DNA from: a virus
Length of the DNA stretch: 64,000 nt
Strand: one strand, 5' to 3'
Virus record (IMG/VR): IMGVR_UViG_3300009183_000059
Span: 30,141 to 94,140 of that record
The position numbers and the translations under genes were made by a program. Each line of letters starts with the position of its first letter. The stretch's first letter is position 1. This document shows, one piece after another, positions 1 through 10,222 of this stretch. The notes under the pieces were generated by a model, which saw only the letters and a program-made list of their open reading frames with translations, was not told the DNA's origin and did no database searches.

Positions 1-2688
1 CCTATAGCTGGTACTTGGAGAATATTTAATGTATCTACTCCAAACCAATTTAAATTTAAAATGACATCAACAGTAACAAATTCTTCAATGGTTACATCTG
101 GAGTTGGACTTTATGCTAAGCCAAACGGATATGTTCAGCATCGTCCATTTGACGGAGGTGTTATTCTTTCTACAACAGATAACGTTTGCGGAGTTAGAGT
201 AGTTAGACAGACACGTAGATATTTTAGATATCAATCTGGTAAGGCTATGCAGTTCTCAACAGGTGTTAAGTTCACACCAACATTTGATATTGATGGAATT
301 ACAGTTGCTGGAGTTCTTCCAGGTAGCCAAACAGTTACAGTTCAAACAATTCAAGACCATGGTTTACAACCAGGTGCCAAGATTAAGGTTGAAGGTGTAG
401 TAACTGCTGGTTCGTATAATCCATGGAATGGAAAGTTTGTCGTAACTAACATTCTTGGAACCAACTCTTTCCAATACAACATGGTATTAACACAAGGACT
501 TCAAGCAACAGATCAGTTCCCAGGTGGTATTGATGTAAAGGCAACTGTTTATGAATGGGATGGAGCCGCAACACGCTGTGGACTTTATAATGATCAAAAC
601 GGATTCTTCTTTGAATATGATGGAACATATCTATATGCAGTAAGAAGATTTACTAAAAAAGAATTATTTGGAAGACTTTCTGTAACACAAAATTCAAATA
701 TTATTACAGGAATAGGTACAAGATTTAGAAAGCAATTATTAGTTGGAGATCACGTTGTTATTAAGGGTGCTAACTATACAGTAGCTGAAATTTCAAGCGA
801 TACAAGAATGGCAGTTACACCTGCTTATAAGGGTGCAACAAATGCAACTTCAAGATATCTTATAACTCAAGAAATTCGTGTTCCTCAAACTGAGTGGAGC
901 ATGGATAGAATGGATGGCACAGGCCCTTCAGGATACACACTTGATACAACTCAAATGCAGATGGCCTATATTGACTATACTTGGTATGGCGCAGGATTTA
1001 TTAGATTTGGATTTAGAACTACTGAAGGTAATATTGCATATTGCCATAGAATGCCAAATAATAATACAAATACTGAAGCATACATGCGTTCTGGTAACCT
1101 TCCAGCTAGATATGAAGCAATTAACTCTCCATTCTTTAATACAAAGCTTAAGGCTGGTGGAAATGGAATTGTTGGATCTACATTAGCATCATCAGAAATT
1201 CTTATGTATGTTGATAGCATCAAGTTTTGGCCAACAGAAGGCTGGCTAATCATTAAAGATAGCTCAGCTGTTGAGATTTGCTCATATACAATCACAAACC
1301 CTGTATACAATCCAACAGCTCAAGGATATGCAGTAAATATTAATCGTAGACAACCTATGACGTCATTCTTTGGCGGAACTCCATGGCAATTAAGTGGAAC
1401 TGCTAACTCAGCAACATTTACACCAGATTCAACAATTACAAATGGTTCAGGAACATCTCAAGTATCAGTTCAAACAATTACAAATACATGTGCGCCAGTT
1501 ATTTCACACTGGGGATCATCAGTAATTATGGACGGACGATTTGATGATGATAAGAACTTTATCTTTACAGCAGGTATGCAGAGATTTATGAATATTGCAG
1601 GTTCTGGTACAGTTACAGCTAAGGTTGCAACTAAGTCAGCAACAGGTGGAGTAGCAACACTTACTACAACATCACCACACGGATTACAGCCAGGATATGT
1701 AGCAACAATTTCAGATGTTAATACTAAAGCAGTTATTACATCAGTTCAAAGAACTTCTCCTACTAGCTTAACATTTACTACAGCTGGACCACACAACTTC
1801 TTAGCAGGATTTAACTTAACAATTGCAAACGTTACATTATCAAATACTGGATCCACAGGACTTGTAGTTACAAATGCTATTTTAAATGTTGCAAATGGAA
1901 CAAGAACAATTGATACAGTTCCTACAACAAATTCATTTACAATTACTTTGGCTGGAGCATATGGTTACCTATTAGCAAGTCAACCATCAACTGCTCTAGC
2001 AACAGAAAGCTCAATATTTAATGGTTCATATACAGTATCTGCAGTTACTGGAAATACAATTCAATATAGTATTGCAAATACACAAACAATTCCATCATCT
2101 ATTGTTACTCCAAATGGTAACGTACAGCAATCATTTGGTTCTGCAGCAGTTGCTAGACCACTGATTTCAATCAGAATTGCTCCTTCAGCAGATAATGGTA
2201 TTGGAAGAAACTACGGTATTCGTGAGATTATTAATACAATGCAGCTACAACTTCAGTCACTAGGAATCTTGGCTCAAGGAACATTCCTTATTCAGGGTCT
2301 TTACAACGTAGCTAAGTTCCCAACTGGAGTTAATATTCCATCAGACTGGGAGCTTAAGAGAGTTCCAGGTGGATCACTAGCACAGGTAATCTACCATGAT
2401 AATACTGGAATTACTGGAACAACAGTAACAACACCACTTAGTACAGTTCAAGGCGGAGACCAGGCATTTGCGTTCTACGTATCTGGTACAGGTACAGAAT
2501 ATAATACAACAACATTCGATCTTTCAAAGGTCAGAGATCTTGGAACATCTATTCTTTCTGGAAATGGTAACTTTACAGCACCAGGATTTCCAAATGGTCC
2601 AGACATTTTAACAATTGTTGCAACTAACTTAGGTTTAACATCTTCAGATATTTCAGCTCGTCTTTCATGGACTGAAGCTCAGGCTTAA
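1..2688 (+). CDS. Large virion-associated/fibre-like protein with repeated HG(L/F)xxG beta-modules (5' partial)
   Basis: The frame is open from base 1 to the stop at 2688. Thr/Gly/Ser-rich, with three HGLQPG/HNFLAG...NG.(F/Y)TV modules, upstream of structural genes. Confidence 0.6.
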   Translation, partial: PIAGTWRIFNVSTPNQFKFKMTSTVTNSSMVTSGVGLYAKPNGYVQHRPFDGGVILSTTDNVCGVRVVRQTRRYFRYQSGKAMQFSTGVKFTPTFDIDGITVAGVLPGSQTVTVQTIQDHGLQPGAKIKVEGVVTAGSYNPWNGKFVVTNILGTNSFQYNMVLTQGLQATDQFPGGIDVKATVYEWDGAATRCGLYNDQNGFFFEYDGTYLYAVRRFTKKELFGRLSVTQNSNIITGIGTRFRKQLLVGDHVVIKGANYTVAEISSDTRMAVTPAYKGATNATSRYLITQEIRVPQTEWSMDRMDGTGPSGYTLDTTQMQMAYIDYTWYGAGFIRFGFRTTEGNIAYCHRMPNNNTNTEAYMRSGNLPARYEAINSPFFNTKLKAGGNGIVGSTLASSEILMYVDSIKFWPTEGWLIIKDSSAVEICSYTITNPVYNPTAQGYAVNINRRQPMTSFFGGTPWQLSGTANSATFTPDSTITNGSGTSQVSVQTITNTCAPVISHWGSSVIMDGRFDDDKNFIFTAGMQRFMNIAGSGTVTAKVATKSATGGVATLTTTSPHGLQPGYVATISDVNTKAVITSVQRTSPTSLTFTTAGPHNFLAGFNLTIANVTLSNTGSTGLVVTNAILNVANGTRTIDTVPTTNSFTITLAGAYGYLLASQPSTALATESSIFNGSYTVSAVTGNTIQYSIANTQTIPSSIVTPNGNVQQSFGSAAVARPLISIRIAPSADNGIGRNYGIREIINTMQLQLQSLGILAQGTFLIQGLYNVAKFPTGVNIPSDWELKRVPGGSLAQVIYHDNTGITGTTVTTPLSTVQGGDQAFAFYVSGTGTEYNTTTFDLSKVRDLGTSILSGNGNFTAPGFPNGPDILTIVATNLGLTSSDISARLSWTEAQA

Positions 2689-2700
2689 AAGGGAGAAAAA

Positions 2701-3369
2701 GTGCCAGACTATAGCACACTCAATGATGAAATCGCAGTCTTAAAAACTAAGATTGATGGGTTAACGTCTCAGACTCTTACAGCAGAAAGCATAATGTATG
2801 TTGCTGAGTCCCTTACAATTCTTGGAGAGCTTTTAGGTGTAAAGGATATTGTTGGTGCAACTGCAGCAGCAATAACACAATTGAATACGGCAAGAGACGC
2901 AGCCATAACAGTAGTTCAAGGAACTGCTAATGGTACTGCTGTTTCTAATCTTCAATCTTCATATACCACACTTAATGCAGCATATAATAATATTGCTCCT
3001 AGAACTACTTCACTTGAAGCACAGATAAACTCTCAAACTTCAGCAATTGCAACCGCTTCTGCTCAAGCAGCAGCAGCATCATATAATCCTTGGCAAATAA
3101 TTACAGGAACATCATATCAAGCTTTTGCAAAAGATAGACTAATGGTAGTTCCAGTTGCATCACAAGTAATTACACTTCCACCTGGACCAGCAATTGGAGA
3201 TGTTATTGAGATTATTGATATTGCAGGAACGGCAGGAACAACAAACTTTACAATAAATAGATCTGGAGAAAGAATTCAGGGTCTAGTAGAGAACCTAGTG
3301 TTTAACGTAAATGGAAAGAGAATTAAATTGTTATACTCAAATATTACATATGGTTGGAGGATCATCTAA
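2701..3369 (+). CDS. Fibre adaptor-like structural protein (coiled-coil N-terminus, beta C-terminal domain)
   Basis: GTG start after GGGAGA. The C-terminal ITLPPGPAIGDVIEIIDIAG...GWRII is typical of phage fibre/baseplate-associated domains. The N-terminus is paralogous to 4725..5057. Confidence 0.55.
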   Translation: MPDYSTLNDEIAVLKTKIDGLTSQTLTAESIMYVAESLTILGELLGVKDIVGATAAAITQLNTARDAAITVVQGTANGTAVSNLQSSYTTLNAAYNNIAPRTTSLEAQINSQTSAIATASAQAAAASYNPWQIITGTSYQAFAKDRLMVVPVASQVITLPPGPAIGDVIEIIDIAGTAGTTNFTINRSGERIQGLVENLVFNVNGKRIKLLYSNITYGWRII

Positions 3370-4304
3370 TGCCAGATTTAAATTCCGTTCTTACTTTAGG
3401 GTCAGGACTTAAAGCAGCAGATCTAGCAACTATTGGTGTTACTGGCACATCCCTTGGCATTACACCAGCGTCGCTTGGCGTTAAGTCAATGCTTGATAAT
3501 GAATTTCAAGAGGTAACTGATGGTTCAAGATTCCCATATCATATTCCAACAATCTATACAATTAACAACAGAAACCCTACTTGGCAGGGAGCCTGGGGTT
3601 CAGGTGATGGATGGGGAGCATATTACAACTATATGAACTCAACATCAGACCATGAAAGAAACTTTCATATGTCTCATGGAAAGCACAATCGTCAGCAGAC
3701 TAACAGCTACTCATCAGTAGAAAATAGAGCTCACAACGTTATCCAGTATGCAAAGGGTAACGTAGTTGGAGGCGGACAGGTACACAATATTATGGAAGAT
3801 TCAGCGTATCAGGGATTCTCAATGAGATCTATGTATATTAGAAACTTTCACCCAACACTATCTAAAACAATTACAGTTTATGGCTGGTATGCAAATTACT
3901 GGGCGCAAGGTTATGAAGGCTCCGCAATGTATTATGGAATACCAACTGGAGCAGGCAAGCTATACTCACAAGCTACTGGAATGACATGGACAACTATGGC
4001 AAACAGATCTTCTGGTAACTCAACATATACATGGTCTGGAACAATGACAATTCCAGCACTACAGACAGCGTTTCTTTGCCAGACATCAACTTATTACTGG
4101 TGGCAGGGTGGCTATGGCGGAAAGGCATTAGAAGTAAATAAATTCTATGACCTACATACTACATTTGCAGACAAGTGGATTCAGCCAGATATGAGAATGA
4201 CTATGACAGCACATAACTACGCAGATCTTGATGATACCGCATATAATGGATATTCTTCTCATAGACTATGGAATAGATGTGCTACTATTTATGGAGATAG
4301 ATAA
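3369..4304 (+). CDS. Putative receptor-binding/fibre tip protein
   Basis: TAATG coupling at 3367-3371. Trp/Tyr/Gly-rich and followed by a fibre chaperone. Confidence 0.45.
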   Translation: MPDLNSVLTLGSGLKAADLATIGVTGTSLGITPASLGVKSMLDNEFQEVTDGSRFPYHIPTIYTINNRNPTWQGAWGSGDGWGAYYNYMNSTSDHERNFHMSHGKHNRQQTNSYSSVENRAHNVIQYAKGNVVGGGQVHNIMEDSAYQGFSMRSMYIRNFHPTLSKTITVYGWYANYWAQGYEGSAMYYGIPTGAGKLYSQATGMTWTTMANRSSGNSTYTWSGTMTIPALQTAFLCQTSTYYWWQGGYGGKALEVNKFYDLHTTFADKWIQPDMRMTMTAHNYADLDDTAYNGYSSHRLWNRCATIYGDR

Positions 4305-4678
4305 TGATTTATATTAAATTTGATGAAAACGGTATTCAAGAAGAAACTAGATACGCAGAAGAGTCTCCTGGTGCAGATTGGCATCCAGTAAATTCTGATA
4401 TAGACGGTAAGTTCTATAAGTTATCAAATGGTGCTCCCGTTGCAATGACAAAAAAACAACTAGAAGATTATAGACTGGGATTAAGAAAAACTTGGGTCAT
4501 TATGGATGCAAGAGTTAAAAGAGACAGAGCTTTAATGGAGTCAGACTGGACGCAACTTCCTTCATCTCCATTATCTGATGCAAAAAAGGCAGAGTGGGAA
4601 ACTTATAGACAAGCCCTACGTGACTTTCCATCAGTAGTAGAAAACGACTTAGAAGCAGTATTTCCAGCACAACCGTAA
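4304..4678 (+). CDS. Tail fibre assembly chaperone
   Basis: R.KRD.AL.ESDWTQLP.SPL...W.TYRQALRD.P...FP..P signature of phage tail-fibre assembly chaperones. Confidence 0.85.
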   Translation: MIYIKFDENGIQEETRYAEESPGADWHPVNSDIDGKFYKLSNGAPVAMTKKQLEDYRLGLRKTWVIMDARVKRDRALMESDWTQLPSSPLSDAKKAEWETYRQALRDFPSVVENDLEAVFPAQP

Positions 4679-4690
4679 TAATTACGGGCA

Positions 4691-4699
4691 TGCTATAAT
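4691..4699 (+). promoter_or_regulatory. Extended -10 promoter TGCTATAAT
   Basis: Intergenic, upstream of a GAGGTGG SD and the ATG at 4725. Confidence 0.65.
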
Positions 4700-4724
4700 T
4701 AAGACAAAGAGGTGGTAGTAAAAA

Positions 4725-5057
4725 ATGACTGACTATTCAACACTTGGCACCCAAGTAACACTGGCCAAAAATAAGATTGATGCTTTAACAAGCTCAACTC
4801 TTGATGCCCAGGATCTAGTATTTTTAGCAAAAGCTTTAGAGACACTAGGAAACTTGCTCGGAGTCAATGATATTCTTGGAGTAACAAATAGCTCTATTCT
4901 AAGCGTTCAAAGCGCTGCAGCAGGTCAGGTCAACCTTGTTACTGCCGCTGGAGCAACACAGATTGCAGCAGTAAACACATCTGGTACAACACAGATCGCA
5001 CTCGTCGCAGCAGCAATTAGCAATTATACTTTATACGCAAACATGGGAGTAATATAA
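4725..5057 (+). CDS. Structural adaptor-like protein, paralogue of the 2701..3369 N-terminus
   Basis: MTDYSTL...KIDALTS.TL.A...LG.LLGV.DI.G matches 2701..3369. Confidence 0.6.
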   Translation: MTDYSTLGTQVTLAKNKIDALTSSTLDAQDLVFLAKALETLGNLLGVNDILGVTNSSILSVQSAAAGQVNLVTAAGATQIAAVNTSGTTQIALVAAAISNYTLYANMGVI

Positions 5058-5058
5058 A

Positions 5059-5376
5059 ATGGCTACAATTAGCTTACCAGCAAGACTATACAGCGGCGTA
5101 GTACCAAACACATCAACACAGATTTGGACATGCCCAGCAGGTGAAACAGATGTTATTACATCAGTTACAGTTGCTAACTTAACAAACGTTGCAAACCAGT
5201 GCACACTGAGCTTTGCAGGAACAGAATTCTTCAAGAACCTTGACTTGGCACCACGCCAGATCACAGTCCTTGATTTCAAGCAAGTTTTAAACGCAGGAGA
5301 TGCAATCTCAGTATCAGCATCGGTAGCAAGCGCAGTAAGCTTGTTCATCTCTGGCGTAAAAGTAACAAATATCTAA
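5059..5376 (+). CDS. Small beta-sandwich virion protein
   Basis: Similar to 10223..10558 (PARLY/PTRFA...V.N.GD.I...ISGV). Confidence 0.5.
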   Translation: MATISLPARLYSGVVPNTSTQIWTCPAGETDVITSVTVANLTNVANQCTLSFAGTEFFKNLDLAPRQITVLDFKQVLNAGDAISVSASVASAVSLFISGVKVTNI

Positions 5377-5401
5377 TAATAGAAATTTAGGAGAAATTTA
5401 A

Positions 5402-6904
5402 ATGGCAGTAGCAAATAGTACGATACAGCTAATCATTCCAGGTATTGATAAACTTATCGCTGACAGCTTTACAACAACTTTAGCTTCTAACGCTACTATT
5501 GCTGCTATTCAAACTAACCTACAAAATGCTGGCTCATTAACAGATATTAATGCGGCACTAACATTACTTACAGCAGATATAGATACTATTCCAGGTAAAG
5601 AGCCACTTCCTTACTTTGCAACATTCTCAAACTTTAACAATGATCCTAGAGCATCTATTTACAATAGCGATATGCGTGAAGTCTATAATGGTAAGCCAGA
5701 TACAAACGCTGAAATGTGGTCAACTTGGACTGGAAACAATTATACAAATGGTAACATTGGTGGAAATGGCTGGACATCATATTGGATGGGATCAACATCA
5801 TTCTATCAAGCAGACACACATTGGTATTTTAGAGTCTCTGAAGGATATAACAATCCAGGATTTGCAATGAATCCAGATGGACAAGATTCATTTATACCTT
5901 ACTGGGGTGTAATTGTTGGAAATACTGGTAAGAGACAAAAGATTTCGTTATTTACAAGCAATAGCACAATGCGTGTGTATCCAAGAGGCGTACAAAATGG
6001 CTGGCTTGAAGGTTTAGACTTAAACTCAACAACGTATGCAACATGGTTTGGCGGAACAAACTACGGAATGAACTCTTATAACGAAAGAACTGGAACCATG
6101 GTTGTAATTGAAGCTAAAGATGGCTCTAATAACTACCGTCTACATAGATGGATAAATACTGGTACAGGCAGATCAATTAATCAGTCAAACTATAAGGCTG
6201 GAATGCTTCATAGATTCCTTTCAGAGGCTAAAGCAGGAATAACAACTGGTGGAACTGCTTCATATAACTTCTATGATTTCCAGTGGCAGGCATCAGCTTC
6301 TCAGAACTATAATGAGTCAAGATACCGTATGCGTATTGTAGTTGGGGATAATGGAATTATCGGAATGCAAAGATTCGTTCCTTCTAATATTACTCACTAT
6401 GCTACATACACTCCTTCATCTGGAACTCTAAATACATCATTTAATACTATTTCAAACACAACATCATATGGAATCGAGCAGGGCGGAAAGTATGGTGCCA
6501 GACATATGATTACCTGGGACAATTATTGGGTAGCAGCATTTAACGTATACTACTACTATGGTTGCGGAATGAACGTATTCTTTATTGATACTAGAGATCC
6601 AAGAAACTACTTTATTGGTCAGTACGGAGATACAACCAATGGATGTGCACTTGTACCGTTTGATAGAAACAAGTTTATGTGGTCTTATCACGTATCAAAC
6701 TCAGATGGAACATCTGGACAAAGACTTGCAATTGTTGATCTTGAAGGTCCATTAAAGTATGGAAGAACACTTTCTGGTACAATTGGTAATGGTGGTAATA
6801 TTGATCTTTCAAAGAACATAATGAATGGTATTTTCGATACAAAGTACACAAGCACAAACTATACATGGCTAATGCCAGTACAACGCTGGCCTAGAAATAT
6901 TTAA
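5402..6904 (+). CDS. Putative adhesin/receptor-binding protein, copy A
   Basis: AGGAG SD. 500 aa, aromatic/Asn-rich, and a clear paralogue of 7668..9191. Confidence 0.5.
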   Translation: MAVANSTIQLIIPGIDKLIADSFTTTLASNATIAAIQTNLQNAGSLTDINAALTLLTADIDTIPGKEPLPYFATFSNFNNDPRASIYNSDMREVYNGKPDTNAEMWSTWTGNNYTNGNIGGNGWTSYWMGSTSFYQADTHWYFRVSEGYNNPGFAMNPDGQDSFIPYWGVIVGNTGKRQKISLFTSNSTMRVYPRGVQNGWLEGLDLNSTTYATWFGGTNYGMNSYNERTGTMVVIEAKDGSNNYRLHRWINTGTGRSINQSNYKAGMLHRFLSEAKAGITTGGTASYNFYDFQWQASASQNYNESRYRMRIVVGDNGIIGMQRFVPSNITHYATYTPSSGTLNTSFNTISNTTSYGIEQGGKYGARHMITWDNYWVAAFNVYYYYGCGMNVFFIDTRDPRNYFIGQYGDTTNGCALVPFDRNKFMWSYHVSNSDGTSGQRLAIVDLEGPLKYGRTLSGTIGNGGNIDLSKNIMNGIFDTKYTSTNYTWLMPVQRWPRNI

Positions 6905-6922
6905 AGGAATAAGGAGAAGAAT

Positions 6923-7216
6923 ATGAAAATAAGCTTTATGGGTGAAGGTTTTGCAGGACAGTTTCTTGAAAATGGTGAGTACGACTTGCCAATTGAGTCT
7001 GACCTCCCACACCGCTTTGAGCTAAAAGATGGCGTAGTACTAGATAAGTACAACGGCGTATCTGATGACGAAGTAAAAAGAATTGATCATGAAGCAGCTA
7101 TCGCTGCTCGTGAAGCAATAATCGCTGCAGTAGAAGCAGGAGATGAAGTAGAAGCAAATATTCCAGCAGAACTTCCTTCTTTAGACTATGTAGCCCCAGC
7201 AGAGGATAACGAGTAA
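6923..7216 (+). CDS. Acidic small protein, possible chaperone of the preceding adhesin
   Basis: AAGGAG SD. Occupies the same position as the 4304 and 9195 genes. Confidence 0.45.
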   Translation: MKISFMGEGFAGQFLENGEYDLPIESDLPHRFELKDGVVLDKYNGVSDDEVKRIDHEAAIAAREAIIAAVEAGDEVEANIPAELPSLDYVAPAEDNE

Positions 7217-7217
7217 T

Positions 7218-7655
7218 ATGCCAATAACACAGACACCTTCGTCTATAGTTCCAGCTTTATGGACATATACATATGTTCAGGCTCCTATTGATGGTCAAGG
7301 TAACCCATACTTTAATATTCCTTCACAGTTTACAGACCTTGGAACAAAGACCTCTGGAACTCTTACACTTGATCTAAAAACATCAAATGTGTTTAAAGTA
7401 ATTGCAGGCGGAGCATTTACAGTAGCATTTTCAAATATTGCTGCAACAGCCAATACAGCACAGTTTTGGCAATTAGAAATTAAATCTGGTGGAAGTTATG
7501 TTCAGACATGGCCAGCATCAGTTATCTGGGACGGCGGAGGAGCTTCAAACATCTCTCCAGTACTCTCACTTGATACAACAGTACTAAACTTTTACACAAG
7601 AAATAACGGAACAACCGTTTACGGATCATACGCATATTCTGATTTAAAGATATAA
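7218..7655 (+). CDS. Tail-fibre-related beta domain protein
   Basis: TLDL...NVF...T..FSN...WP.SV.W.GG motif common in phage fibre domains. Confidence 0.55.
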   Translation: MPITQTPSSIVPALWTYTYVQAPIDGQGNPYFNIPSQFTDLGTKTSGTLTLDLKTSNVFKVIAGGAFTVAFSNIAATANTAQFWQLEIKSGGSYVQTWPASVIWDGGGASNISPVLSLDTTVLNFYTRNNGTTVYGSYAYSDLKI

Positions 7656-7667
7656 GAGGAGCAATAA

Positions 7668-9191
7668 ATGGCAATTTCAACTAGCAGCACATCAATAGAC
7701 CTTCCTGGCATTGGAGCCACAATGGTATCCAATTTGGATGCCGCTCTAAACGCTAGTCCAACAATGCTAAATATTCTTTTAAATTCAAGCCTTTCAACAG
7801 GATTAAATTCAGTAAACACAACAATTACTTCTATCAGAGCAAAAGTTACAGACTTGCCAACCAACCGACCTTTACCTACATTTGCAACATTTTCAAATTA
7901 TCAAAATACTCCAGGATGGACTATCTATGATAGTGAAATGCAGCCAATTGGTGGAGCAAATGGATCTACAGATTTTGAAATTCAAAACGATTATACTGGA
8001 CAGAACTATACAACAAATAACTGGTCATCAAACGGCGTAACAAATAGCTGGTCTGGAGCAACTCCAATGCACCAGCAAGATGGTGACTGGTACTGTAATA
8101 TCCCAGGAAGAGGATTTGGTCCAGAAGGAATTTGGGCACGTAACCGTGGAACAATGGATTCATATATGCCGTACTTTGGTACAGTAATTGGAACTCGTGG
8201 TTTAAGACAGCAAATGTCTTTAAGATCAGCAGATGCTGGACTTCAGATTATGCCAAGAGGTGCATCAAACTACCTTGAGGCTTTAAACTTAAATACATCA
8301 ACATACGCTACATGGTTTGGAGGAACAACATACGGATCAGCTTCTTATAACCAAAGACAGAAGAAGCTAATTGTTATTGAAGCTAAAGATACATCTAATA
8401 ATTACCGTATGCACATATGGCGCAATACAAACACAGGAAGAGACCTAAACTCAGAAACACACGATGTCGGAACTCTTCACTTATTCTTATCAGAAGCTAA
8501 GACTGCTGGAACACCAGCGGCCACAACAACTGGCGTATACTACTACTACAATGATTTCCAATGGCAGCAAGATAGCTCACAGAGCTATACAGAGTCACGT
8601 TATAGACTACGTGTAACTGCTGCAGATAATGAGCATGTTGGTATAGCAAGATTTGTGCCATCAACCATTACACACTATGCAACATTCTTACCTAATATTG
8701 CAGGAACATCTGGAACTCTAACAACTAGAGGCGGAATTGGAAATACAACATCATATGGTTGGGATCAGGGCGTACAGTACGGAATTAGAAGCAATATAAC
8801 ATGGGATAATAACTGGTTAGTTTCATACTCTCCATATTATTACTATGGCTCAGGAATGTGTGCAGTATTCAATGACACAAGAGACCCACGTAACTTCTAC
8901 TTTGCAAGATATGCAGATACAAACAATGGATGTCAGATAATGCCATTGAATGAGGATAAGTTTGTATTCAACGCATCAGTTGAAAATGCTGACGGAAACG
9001 TTGGGATGAGATTGTCTGTTGTTGACCTAGGCGGAATCTTTGAGTTCGGTAGAGATGCAACTACATCTGGAATTACAAATGGTGCAACGATTAACCTTCG
9101 TCCAACTACTATGCTTTACAGCTTTGATACTAGATACACATCTACAAACTATCCAGGATTAATGCAACCTACATCTTGGACGAATGGATAA
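7668..9191 (+). CDS. Putative adhesin/receptor-binding protein, copy B
   Basis: GAGGAG SD. Shares FATFSN, TYATWFGGT.YG, VIEAKD.SNNYR, ESRYR, ITWDN and DTRDPRN with 5402..6904. Confidence 0.5.
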   Translation: MAISTSSTSIDLPGIGATMVSNLDAALNASPTMLNILLNSSLSTGLNSVNTTITSIRAKVTDLPTNRPLPTFATFSNYQNTPGWTIYDSEMQPIGGANGSTDFEIQNDYTGQNYTTNNWSSNGVTNSWSGATPMHQQDGDWYCNIPGRGFGPEGIWARNRGTMDSYMPYFGTVIGTRGLRQQMSLRSADAGLQIMPRGASNYLEALNLNTSTYATWFGGTTYGSASYNQRQKKLIVIEAKDTSNNYRMHIWRNTNTGRDLNSETHDVGTLHLFLSEAKTAGTPAATTTGVYYYYNDFQWQQDSSQSYTESRYRLRVTAADNEHVGIARFVPSTITHYATFLPNIAGTSGTLTTRGGIGNTTSYGWDQGVQYGIRSNITWDNNWLVSYSPYYYYGSGMCAVFNDTRDPRNFYFARYADTNNGCQIMPLNEDKFVFNASVENADGNVGMRLSVVDLGGIFEFGRDATTSGITNGATINLRPTTMLYSFDTRYTSTNYPGLMQPTSWTNG

Positions 9192-9194
9192 CAG

Positions 9195-9491
9195 ATGTAT
9201 TATGCAATTATTAAAGCCAATAAGATAGACAAGTTTGGCACTCTAAAAGACTTATTTCCTACATCTGGATTTCCACCAACTGGACCAGATGAAGATTTTA
9301 TGAGAGACAACGATATGCACGTTGCACTAGAGTATATTGATCACAAATCCACAACTCATAAGTTAGTATATTGTGACCCATACATCTTAGAAGATAAAGT
9401 TTACTGCGTTGTGGCAGAAAAGTTTACTAAGGCGGAGGCCTCAGAAAATAAAGATGCACTAGCTGCATTTGAAGCATTACAGGGGGAGTAG
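9195..9491 (+). CDS. Small protein, possible fibre chaperone
   Basis: L..LFP.SGFP..GP motif; follows adhesin copy B. Confidence 0.45.
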   Translation: MYYAIIKANKIDKFGTLKDLFPTSGFPPTGPDEDFMRDNDMHVALEYIDHKSTTHKLVYCDPYILEDKVYCVVAEKFTKAEASENKDALAAFEALQGE

Positions 9492-9492
9492 C

Positions 9493-10212
9493 ATGTTAAG
9501 CAATCAAAGATCTATTTACAAGAGAGCTAGATATAGCCAATATGGATTAAGTCTCTGGATTGATGCAACAGCTATTGATAATATTACAAGGGATGCTAAT
9601 CAAAAGATTTCATTAGTAGAAGACAGATCTCAATACATAAGACATCTATCTCAGCCTACATTAGCCAATCGCCCAACATTTGTGGCATCAGGAATTAACT
9701 CTCTTCCTTGCATCAGATTTAATGGAATTGACCAGTTCTTACTTATGTCTGATCAAACATTATCATGGTTAACAGCTTCATCATTTACAGTTTTTTACGT
9801 AGCAACAAAAACTGCTCAAACATCTAACTCATTTGTTCTCGGCGGACAATCTGCTGGAACAAGAGCGAATCTAGCTTCTGGATACTTAGCAGCAAATACA
9901 CACAGAATTATTTTTGGTGGAGATGACGCAAGTACAATTGTTCCACTTAAGACACCTGGACAGCCAGAGCTTTATGGAATATCTTTTAGTGCAACAACCC
10001 TAGAAAGAGTTGTAAGACGTAATGGTAAGGTTGTAGGACTTGGATCTTCTGCTGGCTCATTAGCTGGAATGACAGGCCAGGCAGTAGGAAGATATTTAAC
10101 TTCATACGGTCAGTTTGATCTTGGAGAGATGATTATTTATAACAGAACACTTAGTGATTATGAGACAGGCCAAGTAGAGCGTGACTTAATCTCCAAGTGG
10201 ACAATTAGCTAG
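9493..10212 (+). CDS. LamG/concanavalin-A-like lectin domain protein
   Basis: LWIDA...RPTF...IRFNG.DQFL...GEMIIYNR.LS...L..KW pattern. ATG at 9493 follows GGGGAG. Confidence 0.7.
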   Translation: MLSNQRSIYKRARYSQYGLSLWIDATAIDNITRDANQKISLVEDRSQYIRHLSQPTLANRPTFVASGINSLPCIRFNGIDQFLLMSDQTLSWLTASSFTVFYVATKTAQTSNSFVLGGQSAGTRANLASGYLAANTHRIIFGGDDASTIVPLKTPGQPELYGISFSATTLERVVRRNGKVVGLGSSAGSLAGMTGQAVGRYLTSYGQFDLGEMIIYNRTLSDYETGQVERDLISKWTIS

Positions 10213-10222
10213 GAAATTAAAG

